Shown here piece by piece: positions 32,280-43,919 of a DNA stretch of 64,000 bases. The stretch's first letter is position 1. Every line of letters starts with the position of its first letter. Origin of the DNA: Acidobacteriota bacterium (GTDB taxonomy: Bacteria; Acidobacteriota; UBA6911; RPQK01; JAJDTT01). Position numbers and translations under genes: made by a program. Where the stretch lies: assembly GCA_965263035.1 (NCBI GenBank), contig OZ253580.1, positions 2,720,001-2,784,000 on the forward strand. The letters are read 5' to 3'. The notes below the pieces were generated by a model, which saw nothing but the letters and a program-made list of their open reading frames with translations, was not told where the DNA came from and searched no databases.

Positions 32280-34538
32280 ATGAAATACCTGCCCGGCCTG
32301 CTACTGCTTTCCTGCGCGATGGCTTCAGGAGAACCTCTCCATTGCGACTTCACGGACTACCGGCCCCTGGAGGGCCTGGAGGCCGAGAGCGTCGACGGAG
32401 ACGTGGTCTTTGAATGGACAGGCTCCGAAGCGCCGGTGCAAGCCGGTGCCGGAACCTCAGCCGGGCAGCTCCGGGCAAGGTTCGGCCTGGAGGGCGCCCA
32501 GCCGGTCATACGGCAAATGGCCGCACTGTCCAGGGCGGGGCATTGGGCACCGCTCGTGCAAGACGCCCGCCCACAGTTCCATGTAGCGGAGGGAAAGCGC
32601 CGCATTTCCTACCAGCAGTTGCGGCCGATGCAGGACCTGGGCCGCGAGGCCACGCCTGAAGTCGTGGAGCAAGAGAAATGGAAGGTCTTCTGGGACGCGC
32701 CGCTGAATCTGCCAGGTCTCGAAGGCGTGAACCCCGGGCTCCCCAGGGATCCCTCGGAGGTGACGCGCAGCGAGGTCCAATACAGCGTCAAAGGGTGCCG
32801 GGTGCGCCGGGATGGTGTGCGGCTCGAGATTTCGTTTGACGGTTTGACGTTGGGCTCGTTCGAAGGGAGCCTTCGATTCACCGTTTACAAAGGATCCAAC
32901 CTGGTTCGCCAAGAGGCCGTGGCGGCGACAACCAAGCCATCGGTCGCGTACGTCTATCGCGCCGGGCTGGGCGGGCTGAAGAGCGATGACTACCGGCGTA
33001 TGCGCTGGAGGGACATCGCCAGGGACTGGCAGCACTATCGCTTCGGTGGTGGAGTCAATGAGGGGCCCGTTCCGCTTCGCGCGCGCAACCGAGTCGTCCT
33101 GCTCGAGCGGGAGCGCGGTGCGCTCGCGATCTTCCCCCCCTCTCACAAGTTCTTCTTCGCGCGTGAGATCGAGATGAATCTCGGGTACGTCTGGTACCGG
33201 CAGGGAGAGGAGGGGCGCTTCGACGTCGGTGTGCGCCAGGCCGAGCGGGAAGAGATGTTCCGCCCGTGGGGCGCTTCCAAGGAAATCTGGGAAAAGCGAG
33301 TGCGTCAATCGCGCGCCTTCGCGGAAGGCAACTTCGCTCTCTACAACGCTCCGCCGGGAACGCTGCAGCGGATGGCCGTCTATTACTACCTGGGACCGCG
33401 GGACGCGGAGTCCACCCTGAAAGAAGTGCTGGCCTACACTCATGGCGACAAGTACAAGCCGCTGGATGGCCATCAAGTGGCGGTCAGCCATTTCCATACG
33501 CACTTCGCCGAGCAGCTGGTTGACCTCGGGTCCCTTGACGCGAGGCCTCCGTGGGTTTCGGCATTCAAGGGCCTGGGGATCAACATCGCGATGATGTCGG
33601 ATTTTCATGGCGACGGCCACCCGGAGGACGAAGGTGAAGTCCGGTTCAGGGAACTTGCCGAGTACTTCGAGGCTTGTCGGCGCCACTCGGACAAGGATTT
33701 CCTGCTGCTGCCCGGCGAGGAGCCGAACGTGCATTTTGGCGGGCACTACACGCTTGTGTTCCCGAGGCCGGTTTATTGGTCCAAGGTGCGCGGGTCCGAT
33801 CAAGCGTTCCAGGCAAGCCACCCAGAATACGGGACAGTTTACCGCGTGGGCTCGGCGGGCGAGATGCTCTCGATGCTCGAAACGGAGAAAGGCCTGCTTT
33901 GGCAGGCGCACCCGCGCACCAAGGGTTCGACGTTCTATCCCGATGTCGTGCGGGAGGCGCCCCACTTTCTCAGCGACCGCTATCTGGGGGGAGCCTTCCA
34001 ATCCCTTCCGGCGGACCTGTCGAAGCCGAGGATCTGCGAGGAACGGTGCTTCGGAACCCTCGACGACATGAACAATTGGGCGGGGCCAAAGTACATGATT
34101 GCGGAGGGCGATACGTACACGAAGTATCCCGAGGACGAGATCTATCCGCACTTGATCGTCAACTATGTGCGGTTGAGCGAGTTGCCCGCATTCGACGAGG
34201 GCTGGAGCCCTATCACCGAGGCAATGAGGCGGGGAGAGTTCTTCGTCTCGACAGGGGAGGTCTTGATCCCGTCCCACGAGGTTGAAGGATTCGAGGACCG
34301 CAAGACGTTTGTCGCCGAGGTCGAATGGACATTCCCGCTTGAGTTCGTAGAACTCGTGTGGGGCGACGGCAAAGCGACTGGCAGGCAGGTGCTGCCGACA
34401 ACTGACCTTGGTTCGTTCGGTCGCAATACATTCCGGATGGAATTCGATTCGCCGGGCAAGAAGTGGGTGCGGTTTGCTGCCTGGGATTCGGCCGGCAACG
34501 GGGCGTTCACCCAGCCCATCCACCTGTCGGGACGGTGA
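32280..34538 (+). CDS. Secreted hypothetical protein with PHP-like metal-binding C-terminal domain
   Basis: Signal peptide; HFHTH, SDFHGDGH, GEE...GGH, AHP motifs; 752 aa. Confidence 0.75.
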   Translation: MKYLPGLLLLSCAMASGEPLHCDFTDYRPLEGLEAESVDGDVVFEWTGSEAPVQAGAGTSAGQLRARFGLEGAQPVIRQMAALSRAGHWAPLVQDARPQFHVAEGKRRISYQQLRPMQDLGREATPEVVEQEKWKVFWDAPLNLPGLEGVNPGLPRDPSEVTRSEVQYSVKGCRVRRDGVRLEISFDGLTLGSFEGSLRFTVYKGSNLVRQEAVAATTKPSVAYVYRAGLGGLKSDDYRRMRWRDIARDWQHYRFGGGVNEGPVPLRARNRVVLLERERGALAIFPPSHKFFFAREIEMNLGYVWYRQGEEGRFDVGVRQAEREEMFRPWGASKEIWEKRVRQSRAFAEGNFALYNAPPGTLQRMAVYYYLGPRDAESTLKEVLAYTHGDKYKPLDGHQVAVSHFHTHFAEQLVDLGSLDARPPWVSAFKGLGINIAMMSDFHGDGHPEDEGEVRFRELAEYFEACRRHSDKDFLLLPGEEPNVHFGGHYTLVFPRPVYWSKVRGSDQAFQASHPEYGTVYRVGSAGEMLSMLETEKGLLWQAHPRTKGSTFYPDVVREAPHFLSDRYLGGAFQSLPADLSKPRICEERCFGTLDDMNNWAGPKYMIAEGDTYTKYPEDEIYPHLIVNYVRLSELPAFDEGWSPITEAMRRGEFFVSTGEVLIPSHEVEGFEDRKTFVAEVEWTFPLEFVELVWGDGKATGRQVLPTTDLGSFGRNTFRMEFDSPGKKWVRFAAWDSAGNGAFTQPIHLSGR

Positions 34539-34556
34539 GGGCGCAAGCTGCTTTAC

Positions 34557-34714
34557 CAGCCCGTGGCAAAAGTCGTCACGGCATTCGACCGTCCCTGCAT
34601 CCCGGCGGACTGCGTTGCGATTCGGGCACATACTCCCGGTATGCACCCGAATCGCGCCTTGTCCGGCGGCCGCAGGAACGGTCTCGGTGCTCGCGGGACT
34701 TTCACCACGGGCTG
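34557..34714 (-). mobile_element. 159-bp hairpin MITE-like element, copy B
   Basis: Same termini in inverted orientation; plus-strand flanks TTAC/GTAC. Confidence 0.9.
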
Positions 34715-34758
34715 GTACGATGGGCATTCATGTCCGTTCCCGGGGCGCCGGAGGGCCG

Positions 34759-36063
34759 ATGAAGAAAGTCTACCTGGCACTGTCGCTGCTGGTCGTCGCG
34801 GCGGGCGTCGCTTCCCATTTCCGGGACCTGGGCAGACAGTGGTTGGCCACCCTGATGGAGCCGCGGGAAAACGAACCCGTACCCCTGATGCGGGTGACCC
34901 CCAGAAGCTATCGGATCCTGGTCCGAGCCGACGGCGAACTCACGGGACTGCAGATCACACCGGTTCATGCCCCCATGGTGAAGACCGGATCGCTGAAGGT
35001 GGCCTGGCTGGCCGATGAGGGCCAGATCGTCGAGAAAGGGGAAACGGTCGTCGTGTTCGACCAGACCGACGCGGTGTTGACCCTGAAGCAGAGCCACAAC
35101 ACCCTCGACACTCAGGATCACCTCATAGAGAAGCAGAAAATGGAGGCCCGGAGCCGGGCCGAGACGCTGAAGCGGGATCTCGAGAGCACGGAACTGGAAT
35201 TGGACTACACCCAGGACCAGATCCGGAAGGACGAACAGATCTTCTCCCGCTGGGAAATCCAGGAATCGATCGTGAGCGCCGTGTTGGCCCGATACAGAAA
35301 GGGCCATCTGAATCGTAAGGGAGAGGTGCAGCAGGATCTCTCCCAGGCCGGCATGCGCCTCCTCCAGGTCGACCGGAAAATGGCCGAGACGGAGATGAAG
35401 CTGGCCCGGGAGACCCTCTCCTCACTGGAGGCCAAGGCTCCGGTCGGCGGGGTCGTCCTCTACCAACGGAGTTGGACCGTTCTCGAAGTGGGCTCCGAGG
35501 TCTGGCCCGCACAGCCCTTGATGGAAATCGCCGATATGGACCGATTCCGGGGACGGTTGTTCGTCCCGGAGAACCAGATTCGGGGCGTGCAGATCGGCAA
35601 GAAGGTCCAGGTGCGACTCGATGCGTTTCCTGGGGAGAACTTCTCGGGAGAAATCGACAAGGTGGACAAGATCGCCCGCCAACGGCATCCGCGCGACCCC
35701 CGGAAATTCTTCCTCTGCGAAGCTCGTCTCGACGTCTTACCCGATTCCCTGGAAAAGCTGAACCCGGGCATGCGATTCTCCGCCGAGATCGAGTTGGGGG
35801 AAAAAAGCAACGCCGTCGTGATTCCCCGGAGCGCGGTCATCAAGAAGGATTCGGGTTTCGTGGTCTTCGTCAGGGAAGGCGACGAATACCTGGAGAAAAA
35901 AATCGAGATCGTGGACAGCGACTTCGGCTTCCACGTGGTCGAGGGCGTGGCTGCGGGGACCCGGATCTGCCTGCGCCACCCCCTGGAGGATCAGCGCCTC
36001 CACCTTCCCGACTTCAGCTCGCCCACGGCGGGCACGCAGCGGCGCCGTTTCGTCCCCTTCTGA
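34759..36063 (+). CDS. Periplasmic adaptor (MacA/HlyD-like)
   Basis: N-terminal TM, DEGQIVEKGETVVVFD, KAPVGG, LNPGM. Confidence 0.88.
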   Translation: MKKVYLALSLLVVAAGVASHFRDLGRQWLATLMEPRENEPVPLMRVTPRSYRILVRADGELTGLQITPVHAPMVKTGSLKVAWLADEGQIVEKGETVVVFDQTDAVLTLKQSHNTLDTQDHLIEKQKMEARSRAETLKRDLESTELELDYTQDQIRKDEQIFSRWEIQESIVSAVLARYRKGHLNRKGEVQQDLSQAGMRLLQVDRKMAETEMKLARETLSSLEAKAPVGGVVLYQRSWTVLEVGSEVWPAQPLMEIADMDRFRGRLFVPENQIRGVQIGKKVQVRLDAFPGENFSGEIDKVDKIARQRHPRDPRKFFLCEARLDVLPDSLEKLNPGMRFSAEIELGEKSNAVVIPRSAVIKKDSGFVVFVREGDEYLEKKIEIVDSDFGFHVVEGVAAGTRICLRHPLEDQRLHLPDFSSPTAGTQRRRFVPF

Positions 36064-36067
36064 GCGC

Positions 36068-37303
36068 ATGTTCTTCGCCGAGTCGGTCAAGATCGCCCTT
36101 TCCAACTTGGTGCTGCACAAGCTCCGCACGTCGCTGACCATGCTGGGCATGATCTTCGGGGTGGCCGCCGTCCTGTCGATGCTCTCCATCGGGGCCGGAG
36201 CCGGACGTGAAGCTCTGTCTCTGATCCGGAAGATGGGGCTGCGAAACATCCTGATCCGGGCCAAGGCATTCGAGGAAGAGGAACTCAGAATCATCCGTCA
36301 GGACTCTCCCGGCCTGACCCGCCACGATCTGGTGGCCCTGAAGCAGGTGCTTCCGGACGGAACCCGAATCAATGCCAAGAAGGAACACAAGACCTACCAG
36401 ATCGCTTCGGCGCTGGGGAGAGGGGATTCACGGCTCATCGGCGTGGACCCCGGATACCCTCTCGCCGCCAATCTGAAATTGGTGGAAGGCTCTTTCTTTC
36501 TGCCCACGGACGGCCTCCGGCACCATCAGGTCTGCGTCCTGGGAAAGACGGCGCGCCGCAAGCTCTTCGGTCTGAATCCGGCGCTGGGAGAACAGGTGAA
36601 GATCGATGCGCTCTGGTTCACCGTGGTGGGAGTCCTGGCCGATCAACTGCTGGAAAAGGATGAGTTCGAAGGCGTCAAGATCGAGAGCGTGAACAACGAC
36701 ATCTACGTCCCATTGGAGACCCTTCTGGCCAAATACGAACGGAAACCGGTGGAGAACGAGCTGGATGAGATCATCGTCGAGCTCCCCCAGGACCAGGACC
36801 TTTCCGAGCAGGCGGTCGTGATCTCCGGCATGATTGGAAGCACCCACCGGAACATCGACGACTTCTCCATCGTGGTGCCGGAGCGCCTGTTGGAACAGAG
36901 CCGCCGGACCCAGCGGATCTTCAACCTGGTCATGGGCGCCATCGCCTCAATCTCCCTTCTGGTCGGAGGAATCGGGATCATGAACATCATGCTGGCCTCG
37001 GTTCTGGAACGGACCAACGAAATCGGCCTGCGCCGGGCGGTCGGCGCTCGCCGCCGGGACATCAGCCGGCAGTTCCTGCTGGAAGCCCTGACCATCAGCC
37101 TGAGCGGCGCGGCCCTGGGCGTCCTGCTGGGCTCCTCAATCTCCAGCCTGGTCTCCACCTATGCCGGTTGGCCGACGACGATCACCGGCGTATCCGTCCT
37201 GCTGGCGGTCGGGGTCTCGGCAACCGTGGGACTGGTCTTCGGAATCTACCCTGCGCGAAAGGCTTCCCGCGTCTCTCCCATCGAAGCCCTTCGCTACGAG
37301 TAG
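36068..37303 (+). CDS. ABC transporter permease, MacB/FtsX family
   Basis: [56 protein letters not shown]. Confidence 0.95.
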   Translation: MFFAESVKIALSNLVLHKLRTSLTMLGMIFGVAAVLSMLSIGAGAGREALSLIRKMGLRNILIRAKAFEEEELRIIRQDSPGLTRHDLVALKQVLPDGTRINAKKEHKTYQIASALGRGDSRLIGVDPGYPLAANLKLVEGSFFLPTDGLRHHQVCVLGKTARRKLFGLNPALGEQVKIDALWFTVVGVLADQLLEKDEFEGVKIESVNNDIYVPLETLLAKYERKPVENELDEIIVELPQDQDLSEQAVVISGMIGSTHRNIDDFSIVVPERLLEQSRRTQRIFNLVMGAIASISLLVGGIGIMNIMLASVLERTNEIGLRRAVGARRRDISRQFLLEALTISLSGAALGVLLGSSISSLVSTYAGWPTTITGVSVLLAVGVSATVGLVFGIYPARKASRVSPIEALRYE

Positions 37304-37328
37304 AGCTCCCATCCGCAAAGGCTCTGAA

Positions 37329-38147
37329 GTGGCAACGACAAACCGAGATCGAACTCCCAAGGTCCTGATTCGAGCCGTCGACCTTTGGAAGAGCTATCGG
37401 ATGGGGACGGAGACGATCCATGCTCTGAGACAACTCAGCTTCCAGGTCGAAAAAAATGAGTACGTGGCCATCATGGGTCCGTCCGGCTCCGGCAAGTCCA
37501 CTTTGATGAACGTCATCGGCTGTCTGGACACCCCAACCCGTGGACGGTACTTCCTTCACGAGAAACTGGTCAGCGAGATGGACGACGACGAGTTGGCCCA
37601 GGTCCGGAACCAGGAAATCGGCTTCGTCTTCCAGACCTTCAACCTGCTGGCGAGGGCTTCAGCCTACCAGAACATCGAACTGCCGCTCATCTACAGTCGA
37701 TTGCCGAGCGCACGGCGCCGTTCCAGAACCCGTGAGGTCCTGGCTCAGGTCGAACTGGAAGATCGGGCCAACCACCGACCCAACGAATTGTCCGGGGGCC
37801 AGCGTCAGCGGGTAGCGATCGGGCGGGCTCTCGTCAACCGTCCGTCGATCCTGTTGGCCGACGAGCCGACCGGCAACCTGGACTCACGCACGGGCCGGGA
37901 GATCTTGAACCTCTTCGATGCCCTGCACCGAAATGGCAACACCATCGTTCTGGTCACTCATGACCCCGGCATCGCCGACCGCGCCCATCGCGTGATCGAG
38001 TTGCTGGACGGCAAGATCACTCGGGACGAGAAGCTGCGCGGCCGGGACGGAGCGAGATCAGTCCGTGGTGAAAGTCCCGCGAGCACCGAGACCGGGGCTG
38101 CGCCCGCCGGACAAGGCGCTCTGAGGGAGCATACCGGGAGTATGTGA
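37329..38147 (+). CDS. ABC transporter ATP-binding protein (LolD/MacB-like) with repeat-derived C-terminal tail
   Basis: [31 protein letters not shown]. Confidence 0.95.
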   Translation: MATTNRDRTPKVLIRAVDLWKSYRMGTETIHALRQLSFQVEKNEYVAIMGPSGSGKSTLMNVIGCLDTPTRGRYFLHEKLVSEMDDDELAQVRNQEIGFVFQTFNLLARASAYQNIELPLIYSRLPSARRRSRTREVLAQVELEDRANHRPNELSGGQRQRVAIGRALVNRPSILLADEPTGNLDSRTGREILNLFDALHRNGNTIVLVTHDPGIADRAHRVIELLDGKITRDEKLRGRDGARSVRGESPASTETGAAPAGQGALREHTGSM

Positions 38148-38217
38148 CCGAGGAGCAACGCAGTCCGCGCACGATGCAGACCCGGTCGAATGCCGTGGCG
38201 ACTTTTACCACGGGCTG
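38059..38217 (+). mobile_element. 159-bp hairpin MITE-like element, copy C
   Basis: Same termini; flanks AGAT/ATAT; overlaps the ATPase 3' end. Confidence 0.9.
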
Positions 38218-38235
38218 ATATGAACCGGCTCCGGA

Positions 38236-39246
38236 TCAGAACATCCCGGTTCGCCACAGATCATGGATGTGGACGATACCCACCAGCCTTCCGTCGGCGT
38301 CCGGCACCAGCAGTGAGGTGATTTTCTTTCTCTCCATCAGGTGCAGCGCTTTGGTGGCCAGCTGATCGTCTCCGATGGTGACAGGATTCGGGGTCATGCA
38401 CTCGGCGGCTGTGCAGCCGAGGATCGATGCGCCTCGACTCTGAAGCATACGGCGCAAGTCACCGTCCGAAATGACTCCCACGAGCCTGTCGTCTTCCGCC
38501 ACGATCCCGGCGATGCCCAGTCCCTTGCGGCTGATCTCGTCGATCACCTCCTTCATGGAAGTGGACCATGTGGCCTTGGGGATCTCGTCCCCCCGGTGCA
38601 TGAGATCGGATACCAGAATCAACTGGTTGCCCAGTCCCCCGCCCGGATGGAGCCGCGCGAAGTCCCGGGGCCGCAGTCCCTTTCGCTCCGAGAGGGCGAC
38701 GGCCAGAGCATCCCCCAGGGCCAGGGCAGCGGTAGTGGACGCCGTCGGGGCCAGACCGAGAGCGCATGCCTCCCGATCCACACCCACGTTCAGGACCACG
38801 TCCGAGTACTGGGCGAGGGTGGACTCCGTTTCCCCGACCAATCCGATGATGGGGACCCCAAGCCGCTTGAGAGTGGGCAGCAGACGGACCAGTTCGTGGG
38901 TCTCGCCGCTGTTGGAGACGGCCAGGACCAGATCTCTATCGGCCAACATGCCCAGATCTCCGTGGATGGCGTCGGCGGGATGGACGAACAGGGCGGGAGT
39001 TCCGGTGCTGGAGAGGGTCGCGGCGATCTTCCGGCCGATGATCCCCGATTTCCCCATGCCGGTGAGGACCACGCGCCCGGTGCAGGAAATCAGCAACTCG
39101 ATGGCTTGGTCGAAGCGATGGTCGAGACGGGAAATGAGAGCCGCGACCGCCTCGGCCTCCGTCTCCAGGACTCTCCGGGCCGTCTCCCTGGACCGGCTGG
39201 TCCCGGCATTTCGACTCGGTACGGTCTCAGCTTGCACTACCGTCAT
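38236..39246 (-). CDS. kdsD: Arabinose-5-phosphate isomerase KpsF/GutQ (SIS+CBS)
   Basis: [32 protein letters not shown] pair; next to kdsA. Confidence 0.93.
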   Translation of the reverse strand: MTVVQAETVPSRNAGTSRSRETARRVLETEAEAVAALISRLDHRFDQAIELLISCTGRVVLTGMGKSGIIGRKIAATLSSTGTPALFVHPADAIHGDLGMLADRDLVLAVSNSGETHELVRLLPTLKRLGVPIIGLVGETESTLAQYSDVVLNVGVDREACALGLAPTASTTAALALGDALAVALSERKGLRPRDFARLHPGGGLGNQLILVSDLMHRGDEIPKATWSTSMKEVIDEISRKGLGIAGIVAEDDRLVGVISDGDLRRMLQSRGASILGCTAAECMTPNPVTIGDDQLATKALHLMERKKITSLLVPDADGRLVGIVHIHDLWRTGMF

Positions 39247-40093
39247 TCCCAGGTCTCGAGAGCCCGCCGCTGCTTTCCTTGGTCAGTGCGTCGAGCCGGC
39301 GAAGGTGGGTCAACATATCCTTCAGGAGATCGATCTGCAACGCGTTGGCGCCGTCGCTCAGGGCCCGCTTGGGGTCTGGATGCACCTCCATGAAGAGCCC
39401 GTCGATCCCCACAGCCACGGCGGCGCGCGCCAAATAGGGGATGAAGGCACTCTCCCCCGAGCTGGACCCGCCGGCGCCGCCGGGAAGCTGGACGCTATGG
39501 GTGGCGTCGAAGACCACCGGCACGCCCAGGTCTCTCAGCAGCGGGAGGGACCGGAAGTCGACGACCAGATTATTGTAACCGAAGCTGGTCCCCCGCTCGG
39601 TGACGAGCAGGTCCTGATTGCCCGTGCTTCGGGCCTTCTCGACCACGTGAACCAGATCTTCGGGCGCCAGAAACTGTCCCTTCTTGATGTTGACCGGCCT
39701 CCCCGTGGCGGCCGCCGCGACGATCAGATCGGTTTGACGACAGAGGAAAGCAGGAATCTGCAGGAGGTCCAGAACCTCCGCGGCCGGGCCCACTTGGGCC
39801 ACTTCATGCACGTCGGACGTGACCGCAAGACCCAACTCACGGCGGATTCGTCCCAGGATCTCCAGCCCGCGGTCGAGTCCCGGGCCCCGGAAGGAGCGAA
39901 TGGAAGTCCGGTTGGCCTTGTCGTAGGAAGCCTTGAAGATGAAAGGGATGCCCAGAGTGGATGTGATTTCCCGGAGACGGCCGGCCAGGCCGAGGGCATG
40001 ATCTTCGCTCTCGATGACGCAGGGACCGGCGATGAGGAAGAAGGGTTGCCGGGCTCCGAGCCGCCATTTGCGGAAGTCCATCCGTCCGGACAC
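39227..40093 (-). CDS. kdsA: KDO8P synthase
   Basis: [41 protein letters not shown]. Confidence 0.97.
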   Translation of the reverse strand: MSGRMDFRKWRLGARQPFFLIAGPCVIESEDHALGLAGRLREITSTLGIPFIFKASYDKANRTSIRSFRGPGLDRGLEILGRIRRELGLAVTSDVHEVAQVGPAAEVLDLLQIPAFLCRQTDLIVAAAATGRPVNIKKGQFLAPEDLVHVVEKARSTGNQDLLVTERGTSFGYNNLVVDFRSLPLLRDLGVPVVFDATHSVQLPGGAGGSSSGESAFIPYLARAAVAVGIDGLFMEVHPDPKRALSDGANALQIDLLKDMLTHLRRLDALTKESSGGLSRPGNDGSAS

Positions 40094-40207
40094 AGTGACT
40101 CCAGATCATAGCGCAAAGCGGGGAAAGAGAGGGGTCGCGCCAAACGTACGCACCGATGGTCAAGAACCAGGTTCGCGATATTGGCGCGCTCGACGGGAGA
40201 ACTCCGA

Positions 40208-41881
<1,674 letters not shown>

Positions 41882-41912
41882 CTAGGTTTCTGTGTCTCTG
41901 ACTTGGAATCAA

Positions 41913-42072
41913 CAGCCCGTGGCAAAAGTCGTGCACGGCATTCGACCGTCCCCGCATCGTGCGCGGACTGCGTTGCAACTCGGTCACATACTCCCGGTAT
42001 GCTCCCTCATCGCGCCTGGTCCGGTGGGCGCAGGAACGGTCTCGGTGCTCGCGGGACTTTCACCACGGACTG
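41913..42072 (-). mobile_element. 159-bp hairpin MITE-like element, copy D
   Basis: Same termini; plus-strand flanks TCAA/TTAA; overlaps the kdsB 3' end. Confidence 0.9.
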
Positions 42073-42799
42073 TTAAAGAGCCATTTTCAAAGAAGGGTCT
42101 GACACGCTCCAGATCTTCTTCGGTATCGACACCAATGCTGTCCTCGTCCACCGTGGCGACCTGAATCGGAATGCGGTTCTCCAGAAACCGGAGCTGTTCC
42201 AGCTTCTCGATCTCCTCCAATGGAGAGGGGCGAAGCCGGGCCAGATTCAGGAGCAACCGTCGCCGGTAGCCATAAATGCCCAGATGCTTGAAGAAAGGGG
42301 CCTGTCCCTCCCGAGCGAAGGGGATCGGGGCCCGGGAGAAATACAGGGCCCGGCCCTCCGAGTCCGTGACCACCTTCACCACATGGGGATCCAAGGCAGC
42401 TTCCGGATCCGGGATGGGAACGCAAGCCGTGGCCACCTGAACCCCCGGATCTCCGTCGAAACAGGCACAGACCCGGTCGATGGTCGTGGGCGGGAGCGTC
42501 GGCTCGTCACACTGGAGATTGATGTAGACGTCCGCCTCGATCCCTTGGGCCACCTCCGCCACCCGCTCGGTGCCGCTACGATGCTTGTCCGAGGTCATGA
42601 CGGCGTTGCCGTCCCAGGAACGAACGGACCGAAAAATTCTCTCGTCGTCGGTGGCGACCAGGATCTGGTTCAGCCGAGTCGACTGCAGAGCGCGCAGATA
42701 GACCCATTGGACCAGGGTCTTTCCGCCGATTTCGAGGAGTGGTTTGCCCGGAAGGCGCTTGGAAGCATATCGGGCCGGAATGACCCCCACGAAGCGCAT
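41984..42799 (-). CDS. kdsB: CMP-KDO synthetase with repeat-derived C-terminal tail
   Basis: IPARYASKRLPGKPL, SGTER, ALYFSRAPIP, EKLEQLR, GVDT. Confidence 0.96.
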   Translation of the reverse strand: MRFVGVIPARYASKRLPGKPLLEIGGKTLVQWVYLRALQSTRLNQILVATDDERIFRSVRSWDGNAVMTSDKHRSGTERVAEVAQGIEADVYINLQCDEPTLPPTTIDRVCACFDGDPGVQVATACVPIPDPEAALDPHVVKVVTDSEGRALYFSRAPIPFAREGQAPFFKHLGIYGYRRRLLLNLARLRPSPLEEIEKLEQLRFLENRIPIQVATVDEDSIGVDTEEDLERVRPFFENGSLTVRGESPASTETVPAPTGPGAMREHTGSM

Positions 42800-42843
42800 A
42801 GGGCAAGGTATCCCAGCCGGCTTGCCCCAGGCAAGGAATCCAG

Positions 42844-43002
42844 CAGCCCGTGGTAAAAGTCGTCACGGCATTCGACCGTCCCCGCATCGTGCGCGGACTG
42901 CGTTGCAACTCGGTCACATACTCCCGGTATGCTCCCTCATCACGCTTGGTCCGGCGGGCGCAGGACCGGTCTCGGCGCTCGCGGGACTTTCACCACGGAC
43001 TG
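42844..43002 (-). mobile_element. 159-bp hairpin MITE-like element, copy E
   Basis: Same termini; plus-strand flanks CCAG/CTAG. Confidence 0.9.
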
Positions 43003-43006
43003 CTAG

Positions 43007-43165
43007 GAGCCTGCGCGGCAGAGATTGATCTACTGCGAAAGCGGTAGAATCGGTCCATATTTCCTCGATTTCTCGGCGAATAGAACAACTATGCACCTCC
43101 AAATCGAGAAAATCCGGCCTCGATTCCCCACTTTCTCGCTACGATCATTTCTACCGCGCAGACTC
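43007..43165. mobile_element. Second, unrelated 159-bp palindromic MITE-like element
   Basis: TIRs GAGCCTGCGCGGCAGAGATTGATC / GATCATTTCTACCGCGCAGACTC; CTAG on both sides (43003-43006, 43166-43169); internal inverted arms. Confidence 0.75.
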
Positions 43166-43826
43166 CTAGTTCCCGATTGAAATCGCGCTTTCCGGTCCTT
43201 TCGAAGCGCTCGAAGATCTTGTCCACCCGCTCGGCAAATTCCAGAAGGCTGGCCTGCTGTCGCCGGAAGGGGACTCGATCCAAGGCCTGCTCCAGCTTCA
43301 CCAGATCCCGAGTGAAGGGTTGGTCCACCCGGAGCGGCGGCCGGATGGTGACCAGCATGGCATGGTCTTCGAGATCCATTCCCAAGCGCAGAAACTCGCG
43401 GATAGCCTCCTTGCTCCGCTCCGCCGAGTTGAGGTCCATGGTCTGCAGATCCAGGAGAAAGACGATAAATCCGCCGGGTGCGCGGACCCACTCCGGAAGG
43501 GAATCGGGAACCGCCGGAGTCTCGGCCGGTTCGCCGGCAAGCTCTCCGCGCTCCAATCGGAAGTACTGAATCTTCCGGGGCTTCCCGTCCGCCAGAACCT
43601 GGATTTCGTCCACCCTGAGATCGGCGACGAAACGGCCCTCCCTGTCCGTCGCCACCAGGTCCACCAGCACCAACTCCGACTCGGCGCGAAAACGGGGGGT
43701 CGCGTCCTGTTGTGGCGCGGCCTGCAGCATGGTCAGCGCGAACAGCTGCAGACTCACGACGATCCGTTGCCGCGAGCGGAGATTGTCCCTTTCTCGATAG
43801 ACCTTGTTCATAATGTCTGGAATCAC
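43089..43826 (-). pseudogene. Truncated Acidobacterial VWA-domain protein
   Basis: PRFRAESELVLVDLVATDREGRFVADL...FLLD...QPFTRD N-terminal half; reading frame runs into the element at CTAG 43166-43169. Confidence 0.7.
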
Positions 43827-43919
43827 CCTGCCGGAACGTCTTGCCCGCGAGCGCTTCTCCGGCCAGGGTTGTCGACTGATCCGCCAGGGCCTTCCGAGGC
43901 TCAGCCCCTGGTTCAGGAG

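Noticed and set aside
42914-43102. 62-aa ORF ending [11 protein letters not shown]...REHTGSM
   Set aside because: Lies entirely within two adjacent repeats; no independent evidence of being a gene.
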